This document shows, piece by piece, positions 51,654 through 64,000 of a stretch of 64,000 bases of DNA. Under the pieces are notes generated by a model. It was not told where the DNA came from, did not search any database, and saw only the letters and a program-made list of their open reading frames with translations. The DNA is taken from positions 9,424,001-9,488,000 of the forward strand of contig OU015567.1 in assembly GCA_907165135.1 (NCBI GenBank), given 5' to 3'. The translations under genes and the position numbers were made by a program. The DNA is from Oikopleura dioica. Lineage: Eukaryota > Animalia > Chordata. Position 1 is the stretch's first letter. Every line of letters starts with the position of its first letter.

Positions 51654-52635
51654 TCAAATCATCAACTTCCGACATCTCGTCATTTCCATCAAGAAGACGT
51701 TCCGGAAGTGAGGTTTCCCCGACCTAATGAAGAATATCAGACCATGAAACGTAAGAGAACTTACGTGTAAGTCTAACATCGTCATCGCTATTTTCACGTC
51801 GACAGACTTGTTCGAGATTCTCTTCGCGCGCTGAAAAAATTTCTTGGCGTGTTCGGGAAAGTGTCGGACGAAGCAGCCAGCTTTTACCAGCAAAAGAGCT
51901 AAAAAGTGGAATAAAGGATTCATTAGTCCAATGACCCAGAAGAACTTCATATGAGAACCTAATCATTACCGCTGGTGTCGTCATTTCGTAAATTGGCGGC
52001 CTTTTCAATAAACGATCGAAGTTGAATTTGATTATTTTCGCGTATTTGCGGCTCCTCAATTGCTTGGTCGTAATATGGCGCGGCGGACGATTCCGCTAGC
52101 TTTTCAGCAGCATCAAGATAGATAGCAGCGGCAAGTTGCTCGCAATTTGCTTTTTGGTGATGCTGTGCAGATTTTTGTAGCAAATCAGTCACTTGTAATT
52201 TCTCTGCATCGTCGGCGAGACCCTTGTTTAGAAGATCAAAAGCAATCTTTTTCTCCCAGATTGCAGCGGATTTGTATTCGCTTTGTCCCAAGTCGAGCTC
52301 TACTATTCCTTTTTGGAGGTTTCCATGTTAATGTTTCACTGAGGCCAAGTGAGTAAGTTACACATGCTCGTTACGGAAAACGAGTGTTCGTTTGGTGATT
52401 TCCACAATACTATTTTTGCCTTCTAGATGCCAAGACTGTTGGAAAGGTTTGACGGAAACCTTCCTTTGGCGACATAAGCTGCATAGTCAGGGTCTAGCTC
52501 GTCTACTAAGCTTTTGTACAACAAGGATAATTCCGCTCTCGCATCTTGAATCGCTTTTTTCCTACCAAAACCTATGAATCGCTTTTTCGTTTTTGACATG
52601 ATTTCTTTATACAGTTTTGGGATTGACTGCGTCAT
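51654..52635 (-). CDS. Huntingtin-associated protein 40 (HAP40/F8A)-like, intron-containing
   Basis: YKEIMSKTKKRF...AIQDARAELSLL...PDYAAY resembles HAP40 YRLVSNKLKKRF...NVAEAGEQF...PYAAW. SPNE resembles GPGE, helical repeats follow, and LALLL...RHFPEHAK resembles LLLLL...KLLPEHAQ. Internal splice junctions are not resolved. Confidence 0.7.
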
Positions 52636-52636
52636 T

Positions 52637-52646
52637 CTGAAATACT
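52637..52646 (-). promoter_or_regulatory. Probable trans-splice acceptor of the HAP40-like gene
   Basis: Minus-strand gtatttcag directly before aATG, about 55-60 nt after the FOCAD stop. Confidence 0.55.
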
Positions 52647-52698
52647 TTTGCACTGTATTTGGATGGAAACGGTGAATCTAAAGGTGATCACAGGCAGT

Positions 52699-55600
52699 TT
52701 AGCAGTAGATTAAATCAGACAGTTCCACGGAAAGATTTCCTTTTTTCATGACACAGGGAATAAGAGCTTTTGCCCAACTGGATTTAGCTCGGAGACCTTC
52801 AAGAACGCAATTTCGCAGATTCTCTTCGATGCCTTCAGGTATTTTTCCCAGCTGTGCTTGAAGATTTGCTCTTGCAGAACACATGGTCTTTAGGTCCGTG
52901 TTCTTATTGATAAACACATATGGCTTGCCGGAAGCCCTTTGTGCGAGAAACTGATAGACTTCCAACGCTTCTTCTGAAGATGGATGTTCTTTGAGAATTT
53001 GAAGAACGTCAGGCATCCATTCAATTGCTAAAACCTCTGAGATTTTAGCCCTTGTCAGAAACTCGAAAAGAGTTGGGTAGATTCTACGCTTTTTTGCTCG
53101 TAGAATGAGAGGAGTTACAGACTTGTGAAGGTCTTTGTAGTGGATAACTTCTTGCGTCAATGTGGTGGAAATCTTGATTAACTCGCCAGTAGACGCCGAG
53201 AAAGACACAGTTTTTAGAAAGTCATCGCTACCTCTCGTCTTCAGAGAATTCATAAAGTTAAGGCATTTTCCGAGCTCCCACCATATGTTCATTGAGCCAT
53301 GATGATTATAGCAGTCTAGCATTTTGAGGACTGACGGCAGAAACTGGCAGATCTGTTGGAAACTGAAGCATATTCATTAATATTTGTGACTCGGAACTCT
53401 GATCCGGAGCCAAGTTACTGTACAGTGGCGTTTGCTGTTGCCTCCCTATCCAAACGCGTCTAAAGTAGGGCTCGCCAAAAAAAAGTCGAGGTCGATTCTC
53501 CCCTACGAATTCTGCCTAAAAATGATCCCCTTTCTTTCCTGATTCGAATGATATGTTTATGTCGGTCGTTAGTCTTGGGGAAAAAATTCTAGAGCTAGGC
53601 CAAAATCCCAGTTTTCGGGACTTCAATCACGTGCCATGACGTCATTTTTCGGAAATTTCATCATTTTTTCAATTATTCTAGCGTAACTTTTCCTGCTCTT
53701 TTCAATAAGCTAATTGAGTTTCTTTTAGAGGTAAAATCAGGATTTCACCCGAAAATTTTTACTCAAAATCCCTGAAATTCATCATTTTTCGGCCTCGTTT
53801 CAACCTAGAAAAGCTTTAATATCTCGAGTTCCCCATGCTTTCCCGAGCCGGCAAGGTACTAAAAGGAAGCGCAATGCTCTGTTCTATAAGTGTTTTGTCT
53901 CATATCTGGGGAGAATCGAAGAAAACTACTGAAAAATATTGAATGACTGATAAAAAAATACGTCAATTTTTGATTTTTTCTCAAAAAAGACAATTTTTTC
54001 ATAAATAAATTCTTAAATGGAACCCTAACCAACACTGATTATTAAAGCTCAGACTCTCAGCTTTATCTTTATATCAAAAATTAGTAGATTCGGGAGGGTT
54101 TCTTCGTTAATTTTTTCGTTTAAGCCATCAGACCCCCAAAAAGAGCCATTTTTATCGAAATTCCGCTCTAAAATTTTTTTGCCTGAGTTTCAGGGTATGG
54201 TTATATGGGGAGTTTTGGGTTTTAAAACATGGGGAACAAGAAAAACATAACCACTGGGGACTTCAAAATTTCATGGCGAGCCCTAGTCTAAAGAGGGAGG
54301 CAACGCGGGACGATTTCTGGTTCGATTTAATGCGCCCTTCTAGAAAAAGAGCGTCTGGATAGGGAGGCAACGAGGGACGCTCCAACAGGGAGGCAACCGC
54401 AAACGCCACTGTACCTCAGAAATCGCCATAAATAGTCAAACGAGCAAACTCTCGTTGGAGCTCTCTTCACCAAGTAGGAACAAATGTTCAGCGCTTCAGG
54501 CATTGAATCAAGAACTCTCAGCAGATGAGGTGCAAGTTCTTCCCAATTTAGTAGAGTAAAAGCCAGATGTTGCTTGCGTTGGACATTGGTAAGGAGATAC
54601 GTGATCAGAATCTTCAATATTTCCGGAGAAAATGAAATCTGGTTGAGGAAAAAATTGAGGATCAATTCGACGATTTCAAAATCAGCAGAATGTGCATCTT
54701 CGGCAAGTTTTAGAGATGTATATCTTCTGGATATATCCAAGATTAATATGTAAAGAAAGTTATAAAATAAAACTTAAAACCATCCTAATATCGGCATGAA
54801 AATTCGGAAGAAATCGATCGGCGGAAACTTTAGTTTGATTTGAATGCATCTAAAAACCGACAAAATTATGAAAGATCAAAAGTGGGATCTCCTGCCTGAG
54901 AAGTTTCAAAAGCCTTTGCCGCTCCGTCGAAGGTTTCAATTGCGAGAAAATTGTCGGAAGCATGAGATGCTCGTCAAGGTATTGATAGCTCTGTGGGAGC
55001 TCATGTGCACCACTGCTATGTCCTTCCGACCCAAGGAGAAGGTACTCGCCGAGGAAGTCAATTGCCCTGTTGAAATTATTATTACTGATTTCATCATTCA
55101 TTCTTACGCGATGGAAAGAATAATTTCAGGATGCTCCTCCATGTTAGAGCAAAATCGAGACAGAACAGCAAAGGCATCCCGTTTGGCTCGTTCCGGATGT
55201 CTGAAAAATAGTATCCGGGATCTCAGCTGTGCGAGTGAGATTCCACTACCTGTTTGAATGGAGAACGCCAGCAAAATATGATAATGATCCTAGGCGTCCT
55301 TTGAACGTTTGTCCATTATCATCAAGAATAGCCTTGTGTGTGTCCGCATCCAAACATGATAATGATCCTAGTCTGTATGGATCAGCATTTTCTGCCGGCG
55401 CGTGTGAACCAAATCCATAACGGTAAAACATTTTCCGATGTCTGACGAGTTTGTTCGCATTCAACTTTTCTTCATACGCGGTTGTAACAGTCAGAGCGCC
55501 AACAATTCCTTCAACTCTCATAATCTCGCTTCTATTGAGATCAACATCTGTCTTTTCTATTTCACTAGCAGCCAAATCTTTGAGCTGCTTATCTATGATT

Positions 55601-58600
55601 CCAAATTTTACGGCATTAGCACCAAGAGCAATCATTTCAAATGGATCTTTGTCTTCTGTGTTTCTCCAAACTGCCTTCAACCGCGAGCTGTACTCTTCCG
55701 CGAGACTGGTGTAATTCAACTCCAAAATAACAGGTAAAATATCCCCCATGATGAAGTGGGAAGCGTCCTGTCCCGACTGGCTTGTTGTTATCCTTCCTGT
55801 TTGTGAGTCTGCTTTGTAGTGCGACCAGTCAAGTAGTCGGTACCGCCGCTCGGCATCATCACGATCAGGCATTGAAATTGCAGCGAGGGTTTCAATCGCT
55901 GACTCTAGATATGTTTGAACGTCTTCACTAACGTCATGAACTCGTCGATACATCCACAACGCGAGTATCAGTCCGGAAAGTCCGAAAATAGAATGAACTT
56001 GAGAACTTGGAGAGCCCCGTGACGCGTTATTTAGCTCTGCATATATCAAATTCCACGCTTCTTTGGCCGTAAATCGCTCCGACACATCTTCGAAGCGAAT
56101 TTTTATATACGCAGACCAAGCATTCTTTAGCATGAAGAGATATCGAGGGTTTCCCGGCTTGACCAAGGTGTATCATTTGAATAAAAATTCATAAAGAAAA
56201 AAATAACGAAAATGCGCCTGGAATTAATTTGGGTGAATACTAATAAACGAAAAAGCACCTTTCCTCAAATGGTGTATCAGTCAAAAGGGCGCGCAGCCTC
56301 TTGACAAGCTGCGGCTGTTCATATTTAGGGCAACAAAGCTCTGCAAAACACATTCTTGAGCGTATTTCAGGAGATGTACTACGACTGGACAAATTTAGCT
56401 GGATAAATTCGAATAATTTATTCGTCCTTTCAGTTTCTTCAATATTTTGACGACTCTTTCAATGGGTTCTTCAATATGATAATTTTGAGATCATTCAGTG
56501 TCCTTCATCATTATTCTTATCAATGTTAATTATATTCTTATCCATAGGAAAATAACGCAAATTAATACGAAATTTGAATTATTTGGTTCTTTTTTCGTAA
56601 ACAAATGGTACAATAATCAACATCAATAAATAAAAATGAAAATAAGAACTCGTCCTGTCTTTGTCTTCGAAGGGCATTGTGCGCAGTATTTCTAGGTAGG
56701 GTAGATATCTCGCTTTTTAGAACTTCTGAAAGAAACAATTCGCCGCCTTCGTAATCGAGCAAGATATTGAAAACATTGTGGTTGAGAACATCGGCGCTTG
56801 ATTTCTGATTAAAAACAACGGGATTGTTGACCGATTCCAAAATGTCTGTCGGAATTACGTCTGTATTAAAATAGGTGATTTTTATACTGCCAAGCGTCTG
56901 GAAAGCAGCGCGACTGACTTCTTCATTTTCATTGTCAACCTTGAGCCACAGCCACTGAATTATGTTTTCGACGATTTGCTCGAAATCTGCGAAATGAGCA
57001 CCCTCTTTGTTTTCTGGTTCAAACTCCATTATCCGATCAAATAGGTTCAAGAAGCTTCTCAGTACTTGCGGCCTGTTGGATGATCAACGACTTTGTATGA
57101 ACACAAGATTATAAACGTGCGAAAATATGAGAGGTTAAAATAATTTTGATTCGGAAACGATACGGAAATTTCATTTCATCAAAATATTTGGAATTCAAGA
57201 AATATATTTAGAGGGAAAATTTTTACGTAACTTTATCACAAGCTCATCCCCGGATTATTTTATGACGTTGATCACAGTCCTGAGCTCATCTTCTTTGGCC
57301 CACTGGGAATTAAAATGTTTCCACAGCGATAAGAGATTTAGCTCCTCGTAGTCAACCAAAATCGCGAGAATATCAACGGCAAGGGCGGCAGCGTCTGCAT
57401 TTTCCGTCGGTGATTTTTCCAATACGGCCATTGCCAGTCGACAAATTTCCGAAGAATTGTGAGGAGATTGCGAAACATAAGAAATGATAGCCGCGGTACA
57501 AATGTAGATAATACTCTCGCTTGAGTTACTATCAAATAAAATCTTATCAGCGGTTTTGTAAAACTTTGAGAACAAAATGGAACACTCAACAGCTTGCTGG
57601 GCTTGAAGGATAATACCAAGAGGGATAAATGAGACGGAAGAAGTCAAATGCTGAGTAAGTGCAGATGAGGATAAAACAGTCATAAATCGTGGAAAGCAAA
57701 CATCTGACAGGACAGAGAGAATCATCTCTCTGGAAGCGGCTTCCGTCATTGCCTCCCACCGGATCGAAATGTTAGCTTGAAATTACTTTACTAAGATTTC
57801 CGGTAATGGAAAAGGTGAATGTAAAATCTTCGAAAAAGAATCGACTAGTACGTGATGAAAGTGACTTTGACTCTGCAGATCCGGTTTCCTTTGGGTTAGA
57901 ACACAGAGCTTGAATCTTTCCAAATAATTCCACAACAACACCTTGATCATTACCGTCGCAGTTTTGGATTCTTGTCTTCAATATATCAATAGCTTGGATA
58001 GAGATAGTCGAGTCAGAAGAAAGGCAATAAGCAAGAAGACTATTTAGAACATGGATGTCAAATTCAACTTTTGAAATCGTTTGAAAATTAGGAGGCTGTG
58101 GTTTTTTGGGGACATCTTCGAATGAGAAAAGCTTCTCGATGAAGGAAGAAACTTTTGGCTCTCTTGTAACAGCCAAAACAGAAGCAAAAGCCGCAGTGAT
58201 TTCAAGTTTCTCATGTCTTCCCAATCGACTACAATCAATGTGGTCAACAAGTTCCTTGCTTATACCAAGGAGATTGAATTCGTAAGCGCAGGATGAGAAA
58301 ACTCGCAAAAGAAGTGGGTGATTTTCCAGGATAATCTTCAACAGTGGTGTTCCACAGCGTTCAGGGAAACTTATAAAGGTGACATTTCGAACCATGAAAT
58401 CAACGAGGAAAGTCTGATGCTCATCTAGGATTTTCTTTTCCACGTGGATTATCGAGAAGACTTTCTGAAGCAAAACTTTCACATCGATCAGCTTGGTCTT
58501 CCTTGATATTGCCAAATCAAGCGCTTTGAGCAAGTCGGCTAATAACACTGTCAGCAGCGGCTCATTTCCGGAAATGCTGTCAAACATAAGCCGCGCAACA

Positions 58601-59461
58601 TCAACGCCAATCTCATCGTGCAACATCGCTGTACGCCCCACTGCTCGCAGCTTTTCTAAAATCATGTGATCTATCAAATGTTGGAGATTGAGGTCATCTT
58701 ACCGTTTGACTCGTCAAAATTCGCGCTGAAGCTCTCAAACAGGATGGGAAGAAGATCTCTACTGTATCTTTAGTATTCATTAACAATTAGCCTCTCTATC
58801 CTTCCTTGAGCCATTCATAAGGATTTACTTTTGCGCTACGGAGAAAACTCAGCACCACATCGTAGGAGGCAAACAGCATGGCCAAATCATAAATGAATAT
58901 CTTAGTTTCCCCGGTGGGCACATATGCCAGAAGAATCTCACCAATACAGTCTTCGGAAATCTGTTCCTTTTATGGCTGCCAACAAGTGTTTGAGTCGGAT
59001 TCTCTACAATAAGGAATCAACTAATCCTTGTCAGCCTTCCTGTTTTGAAACGGCTCGGAGGATGGACTTTACAGAATCTATACTTTGGACATTCACCGCG
59101 TCGAGTAGAGTCGGCAGAAAGCTTTGAATATTTTGAATATTTATGAGTTGGATCAGCTGAGCAATTGAGCTTTCACGGAGGATGACAAGCTCATGACCTG
59201 GAAATAAAATTTTTATGTTTTTTTTTTCTTTTTGAAGGAAACTTCCGACAGAAGTTTGGCGCCCGCAAAAATGCATATTGTTTGATAAACAAACAAGTTG
59301 TTACAAAAAAGTGCCAAAAATCTCAGCCCTGCTCATTTTGAATCTCATCAACTTGTTTTCGTAAGACTCGAATTTGTTTTGTTTCAAAATCTAAGTGTGT
59401 AATTCTTTGGGTTACCTAAGAAGCCGACGCAATCCTTCAGTATTGCTTGTAAGTCCGACAT
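52699..59461 (-). CDS. FOCAD: Focadhesin-like ARM/HEAT repeat protein
   Basis: Chain of minus-strand ORFs with short introns. Segments resemble focadhesin: AAALAVDILAILVDYEELNLLSLWKHF; QWLWLKVDNENEEVSRAAFQTLG; NAWSAYI...NNASRGSPSSQVHSIFGLSGL. ATG at 59461 follows a ttttag acceptor. Confidence 0.75.
53423..54411. mobile_element. Tc1/mariner-type MITE (about 160 bp when the nested element is removed) with TA duplication
   Basis: TA at 53421-53422 and 54412-54413. 25-bp TIR CAGTGGCGTTTGC(T/G)GTTGCCTCCCT with 1 mismatch. The motif AGGGAGGCAAC is repeated three times near the right end. Confidence 0.9.
53466..54285. mobile_element. hAT-type MITE (820 bp) nested in the Tc1/mariner MITE
   Basis: Perfect 12-bp TIR TAGGGCTCGCCA / TGGCGAGCCCTA and a perfect 8-bp target duplication GTCTAAAG at 53458-53465 and 54286-54293. 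No transposase ORF. Confidence 0.93.
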
Positions 59462-61366
59462 AATCACATCTAAAACGGGATTTATTTAGCGGCTCTTCTA
59501 AGGAAAAATAGAGGTGGCCAGGTGCAAAATACGCACTACAGCAGATGCTATGCTGATTTTCAATGAATTTATTCAGTTGATCCGGCTAAGATTTAATTGA
59601 ATTAATTATGAAAATTAAAATTGAGACCGGTAAAAATTTCCTAATTTGAAAGCAGCGAAAGAATACAAAGAGCTTATAAATATTGAAAAGTTCTGTAACA
59701 ACGCAGGTGCGACCGTTCTTTGTCCGCGAAATCTGCACCTGGTGGCGAATTTCGGGAAATGGCCGTAAATTAAACTTGAAGGTACTTTGAGGCGTATTTA
59801 CAGTACACTTTCGTGATGAAAACAAAAGCGACTGATCTCAAGTAGCCAAAACTGGGCCCTTGTAAAAATGTAAAAGGACCTGGTGCGCAGAATTACCGCG
59901 TGGGAAGCCCAATTTATAAGGCTACTTGGCAGAACGCCTGAAAACGCTTGACCCAGGAAAATTACCCAAATGTTTACAATCGAGGTAAATGGAAGAAGTC
60001 GTTTTGATTGACAACACCAGTCAATGTGCCAAGATATGGAGTTCTGGCTACTAAAAGAATCTTCCCATAGAAGAAAAAAAAGGACCAAACAGAATTATGT
60101 TTTCGTAGTGAGATTTCCTTGACATGTTGGCCGTAGAAAATCTGAGGGGAAAGTTTGTCAGTGAAATCCGGAAATTTACTGATCTTGATCCATGATTGTC
60201 CCACAAGATATCCCGATTATCTCCCCTAATCTGCCTGGTGTCAAGTAATGTATTCAAAAACTCGTTCCCGTGAAGGGATTATGCCCAAACTCGGATCGCT
60301 AGATCCCTATCGTCAGTTGGATTGTACCTGTATGTGTGTATACAAAAATACGGCCGCTAGAAACAAATCAATAGCGAGGCACACTTCACTCACTTGATCA
60401 GTGAACTGTAAATGGAACAGTAAAGATCAGTAGAAAAGAAGCACTTGGATATTAGAAATGAATCGGAGCTAGCCGAGGATCCGATCGATTGCGGACGATC
60501 AAGTGGAATGATGGGGATCGCGCACTTGAAGTTTTCTGCCCCAACGATGTTTCTGTTTTTCTATGTTCAAAGAATAGTACTAACTGAATAAAAAATCTCT
60601 GAAAATTAGAAAATTAGTTTTTACGCGATAATAAGGGAATGATAGGACGATAAGCACTAAACAAGCATCCAAGGAATTTACACAAATCAATAAGCATGAA
60701 GTTTTCTTCCACTCAAGCTCGGATTTCAAACTTTTCCGAAGAATCTTGAACATTTCCGGTACATTCTTCCCCTCATAAATAACTAGAGAACAAATTAATG
60801 GTTGAATAAGGGAAATACAGAGTTTGGTAGTTGACAAAATAAAGTTCATTTTTTGTTTCCAGTTTTCATGATTCGTATATTGCACATTTATAATTAATAA
60901 GTAAATCATGAATTAATCTTTCTGGCGCCAACTTGATATTATGCATCATATTGCCAGGCGAGAGGATTCTAAATTCCGTAAACGGGTATATAAATTTCAT
61001 CTATATTAACCGGCATAAATACAGTCATCAATTTGACCAAAAGTTTTAGTTGCCTAAGCTCTTGAAGATTTAAAGTAAAATGCCTCTATCATTCCCTTCC
61101 CCGAAACCGGTCTTTAGCGGTCTTTAACCAGCGTCGTTTAAAATCAGCTCGTTCGATCAGAGGCGTAATTACCGTGACCGCATATCATTCCCGCGCTGAC
61201 CCGCTGCTATTCAAATTTGGCGCTCCCCGCACCGCCATTCAATACGGTCAGAGAGCGCCCCCTACTGCGCTACATAAATATCCCCCCTGTTTTCTCTCTC
61301 CAACACTTATCAATAGAGCTCAACAAGAAAAACATAGAAAGATAGAAAAAGAAAGATTTTTTAACA

Positions 61367-62173
61367 ATGTTTGGAAATATCTCTTCCCTTCTTTCCGCGA
61401 CGCTTCTTCAAAAATATTCCTTTTTCCTTCTCATCGAGAGTATCTTCTGCATCGCCCTCGACATCTTCATCATTTTAATCAAAGAGATGAACGACGATTT
61501 CCCTCGCTCAATTCAGCTACGACCTGAATTCATCTTCACCGTTTCCATCCTCGGCCAGGGCATTTGGGCTGGTCTTCTTGGAATCTCTGTGGCGATTTTC
61601 TGCAACAAGCTGCAGCAAGAGAAATTCCGCGAGCAACTGCTCCCCTTGGGTGCTTTTACTGATGGAACTCTTCACATGGAAGCCGGTTTATTCGCTTGGT
61701 GCTTGTTTACTTCGCTTGGGCAGTTCGTCGCTGTCCTGCTGTCTGGATACTCGGCTCTTGGAATCGTTGCCCACGACCTTGTCGCGACGCAGGTTGAGCG
61801 TGCAATGAGCATCCTTATCGTTACGGAAATCTTCATGCTTCTGGCCCTCTGTCTGACCGTCTTCTCCCTCCTGATTTTTTCCTTCAACGCTCTCCTGCCT
61901 GTTTACTTCCACGCACTGATCCAAAAAATGGCTGAGCTTCTGTGTAACCGCTATTCATCAGATCGATGGAAACAGAATCCCAGCTGCAGTTTTTCTCAAG
62001 CATCCTTCGTTGGCAGTTCTGTCGAATTCAAGACGATTGACGTTCTCGCTGACCTTTCGATTCCAACATTAACCCGCAAGCTGGCCCAGAAGAGATTAAA
62101 AGATTCCAGACAATCTTCCTATGCAAGCTCCAGTGGAAACTCGTCGAATCGATCGGAAATTCTGCTGCTCTGA
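61367..62173 (+). CDS. Intronless four-transmembrane protein (MS4A/CD20-like topology), family uncertain
   Basis: 268-aa ORF with four hydrophobic segments, a GQGIWAGLLGI motif in TM2 and a Ser-rich polar tail. Confidence 0.7.
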   Translation: MFGNISSLLSATLLQKYSFFLLIESIFCIALDIFIILIKEMNDDFPRSIQLRPEFIFTVSILGQGIWAGLLGISVAIFCNKLQQEKFREQLLPLGAFTDGTLHMEAGLFAWCLFTSLGQFVAVLLSGYSALGIVAHDLVATQVERAMSILIVTEIFMLLALCLTVFSLLIFSFNALLPVYFHALIQKMAELLCNRYSSDRWKQNPSCSFSQASFVGSSVEFKTIDVLADLSIPTLTRKLAQKRLKDSRQSSYASSSGNSSNRSEILLL

Positions 62174-63256
62174 AAATACGGAAAATTTGTTAATTTATGA
62201 ATTTCAAACACTGCCAGTTGTTTCTATCTGTAAATAAAGTGAGAAAAAGTAATATTTCTATCTTCGAGGACTTGATGAGTACAAATTTTTTGTAAGGGAG
62301 GTTTTTGAATATTTAAGAGGTTGACTTTAACAGAATAGTGAAGTTATGGCGATAATACAGTTCAGCATATAAATTTAAATAAATTTGATGTTAGAAGCAA
62401 AGAGACCAGAGTTAGGGTTAACCTGATTTTGATAAGAAGTGTATAAAATATGAACACGAAAGGAGAATAATATTTTGAAGCTATCATTTGTTTCTTAGGA
62501 CTGAACAATCTGAACTAGGTAAAGTTCCTTGACAACACTTGTGGCAATTAGTTGAAGATTTTTCTGTTTGTAACCTAAAGATAGAAAATTATGACCAAAC
62601 GCAAATAGGTTTTTGCAACCTGAGACCGTGATAAATTCTGTTGCAGGCGATTCTCCAGTTTCCTTGTGCTCAAAATACGATTCTTCCCTTATAAAAATTA
62701 ACAGTCAGTCATAAATCACTGCGAACTTACGAGTATCTACCCTCCGCCAGAGCTTTCTCCACGCACCTGCTCACACCGTCAGCGATATCATCCCTACAAT
62801 TCGAGTTTTACTACTTTATTGACCTCATTCAAAAATCGCTGACATTTCTTGACGGCCATCGTAAAAATTACTTACTGTGTGATATCTCCTTTTCGAAAGA
62901 TGGTGAGTCCATTTTTATCGCCGAATCCCGAGCCGATAATTTTTTCGTTTTCCTCCATCAGTTCTTCCAAAGCACCCGAAAGATTTATGACATTATTCAT
63001 TCGTAAATTACAAAGACCGTAAGTTTAAAATTTCACGAATAAATATTCCAAAACAAGCCTTTCTTTCTCTTTCAATCGAAATAATTGACGCTCAACGAAT
63101 CTTCTAACGACTCTGATTGGCCGCGTTGCGAGGATTTCCACCAATTGCGAATTCAAAAAAAGGCGGGCCTCTTTCGGTGATACAGAGAATTCTGGTGTCC
63201 GAAAAAGAAATTTTGATGGCGGTAATGAAGATCTGAAAAAATCAATTGATCTCGTG

Positions 63257-64000
63257 ATGCTTCGACTCGAATCATATGTAGCGCCTTTTCTGACGTCTTA
63301 TTTGAAGGTAACTCAACTTGTCAACGCGATTGCTTATCATTTTCATAACAAATCGATACATTTTCTTTTCATTTAATGAAATATGTTATTTCTGTGAAAA
63401 TTCTAGCGCTTCATTCGAAATCTTACTAGCGAAGACCTCAAACTTTCAATATGGAGTGGGGAAGTAGTCCTTGCGAACCTAGAGATGCGCCTCGACGTTT
63501 TGGAAGCGGAGCTCAAGCTGCCCTTCAAGCTCGATTCTGGACACATTCATGAATTGCGAATAAATATTCCTTGGATGGCACTGGGATCGGAATCTGTCAA
63601 AGTTAAAATTTCGACGATTGAACTTTCCGTCAGCTTGAGCAAGGAAGACGAGGATGATGAAGAGGGGGATGAAAATTTAAACCAGTCGTATTTGAGCTCT
63701 GAAACAGCTTCGCATCGACAGAAGCCGAAGATCTCACAGGAAGGGGATTACTATATTTCTTGTGCCGGTTTATTTAGCTTCACTTCCGGGTTTTATATTA
63801 AAGAGGATTGTTGATAATCCCTACTAAGTCAGGAGAAGATTTGACGCCAGGTTATTTGGAAAGCCTCTTGTTAAAAATTGGAAACAACGTCGACGTAGAA
63901 ATTCAAAATCTTATCCTTAAATACGTCGAGAATGACATCGTTCTCTCCGTCAACATAAAAAGTGTTCATCTATTTCCATGCGAGGATGAAAACTGGACTC
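63257..64000 (+). CDS. VPS13B: VPS13B 5' end (chorein N-terminal domain), continues past the window
   Basis: MLRLESYVAPFLTSYLK|RFIRNL...DLKLSIWSGEVVL...LDVLEAELKLPF...GHIHELRINIPW...LGSE...PGYLESL...NLILKYVENDIVLSVNI. Confidence 0.93.

Noticed and set aside
59600-60560. LTR-like or retroelement-like sequence upstream of FOCAD
   Set aside because: No second LTR copy, TG...CA ends with target duplication, primer-binding site or gag/pol motif could be identified.

Overview
Compact, intron-dense animal genomic DNA with mostly 40-55 nt introns and same-strand genes 60-400 bp apart behind pyrimidine-rich AG acceptors. This architecture best fits the appendicularian tunicate Oikopleura; the species call is an inference from gene structure. 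From left to right the + strand carries a probably inactive PLA2-like secreted protein, a TTAA-flanked MITE, a CYHR1/ZFTRAF1-like gene, AIFM1 with a very long acidic Glu/Pro/Val repeat, NRBP, NAA15/16, an orphan membrane protein, TRAPPC1 and two tandem Argonautes. A second + strand cluster follows: CCDC6, MASTL/Greatwall, CDC16, a degenerate ValRS-like gene and EIF2B5. Then come a minus-strand PLAT-repeat gene, an intracellular FGF11-14, minus-strand FOCAD and HAP40/F8A, an intronless 4-TM ORF and the 5' end of VPS13B. The most notable observations are: (1) a ValRS-derived pseudo-enzyme that has lost the HIGH, KMSKS and editing motifs but keeps its tRNA-binding domains; (2) an Argonaute pair with one intact slicer tetrad (DEDH) and one lacking the second Asp (DEGH), plus a block difference of seven introns; (3) a hAT MITE nested in a Tc1/mariner MITE that inserted into a FOCAD splice donor and rebuilt it. 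Exon boundaries were derived by hand, and gene names come from remembered motif similarity, not database searches.
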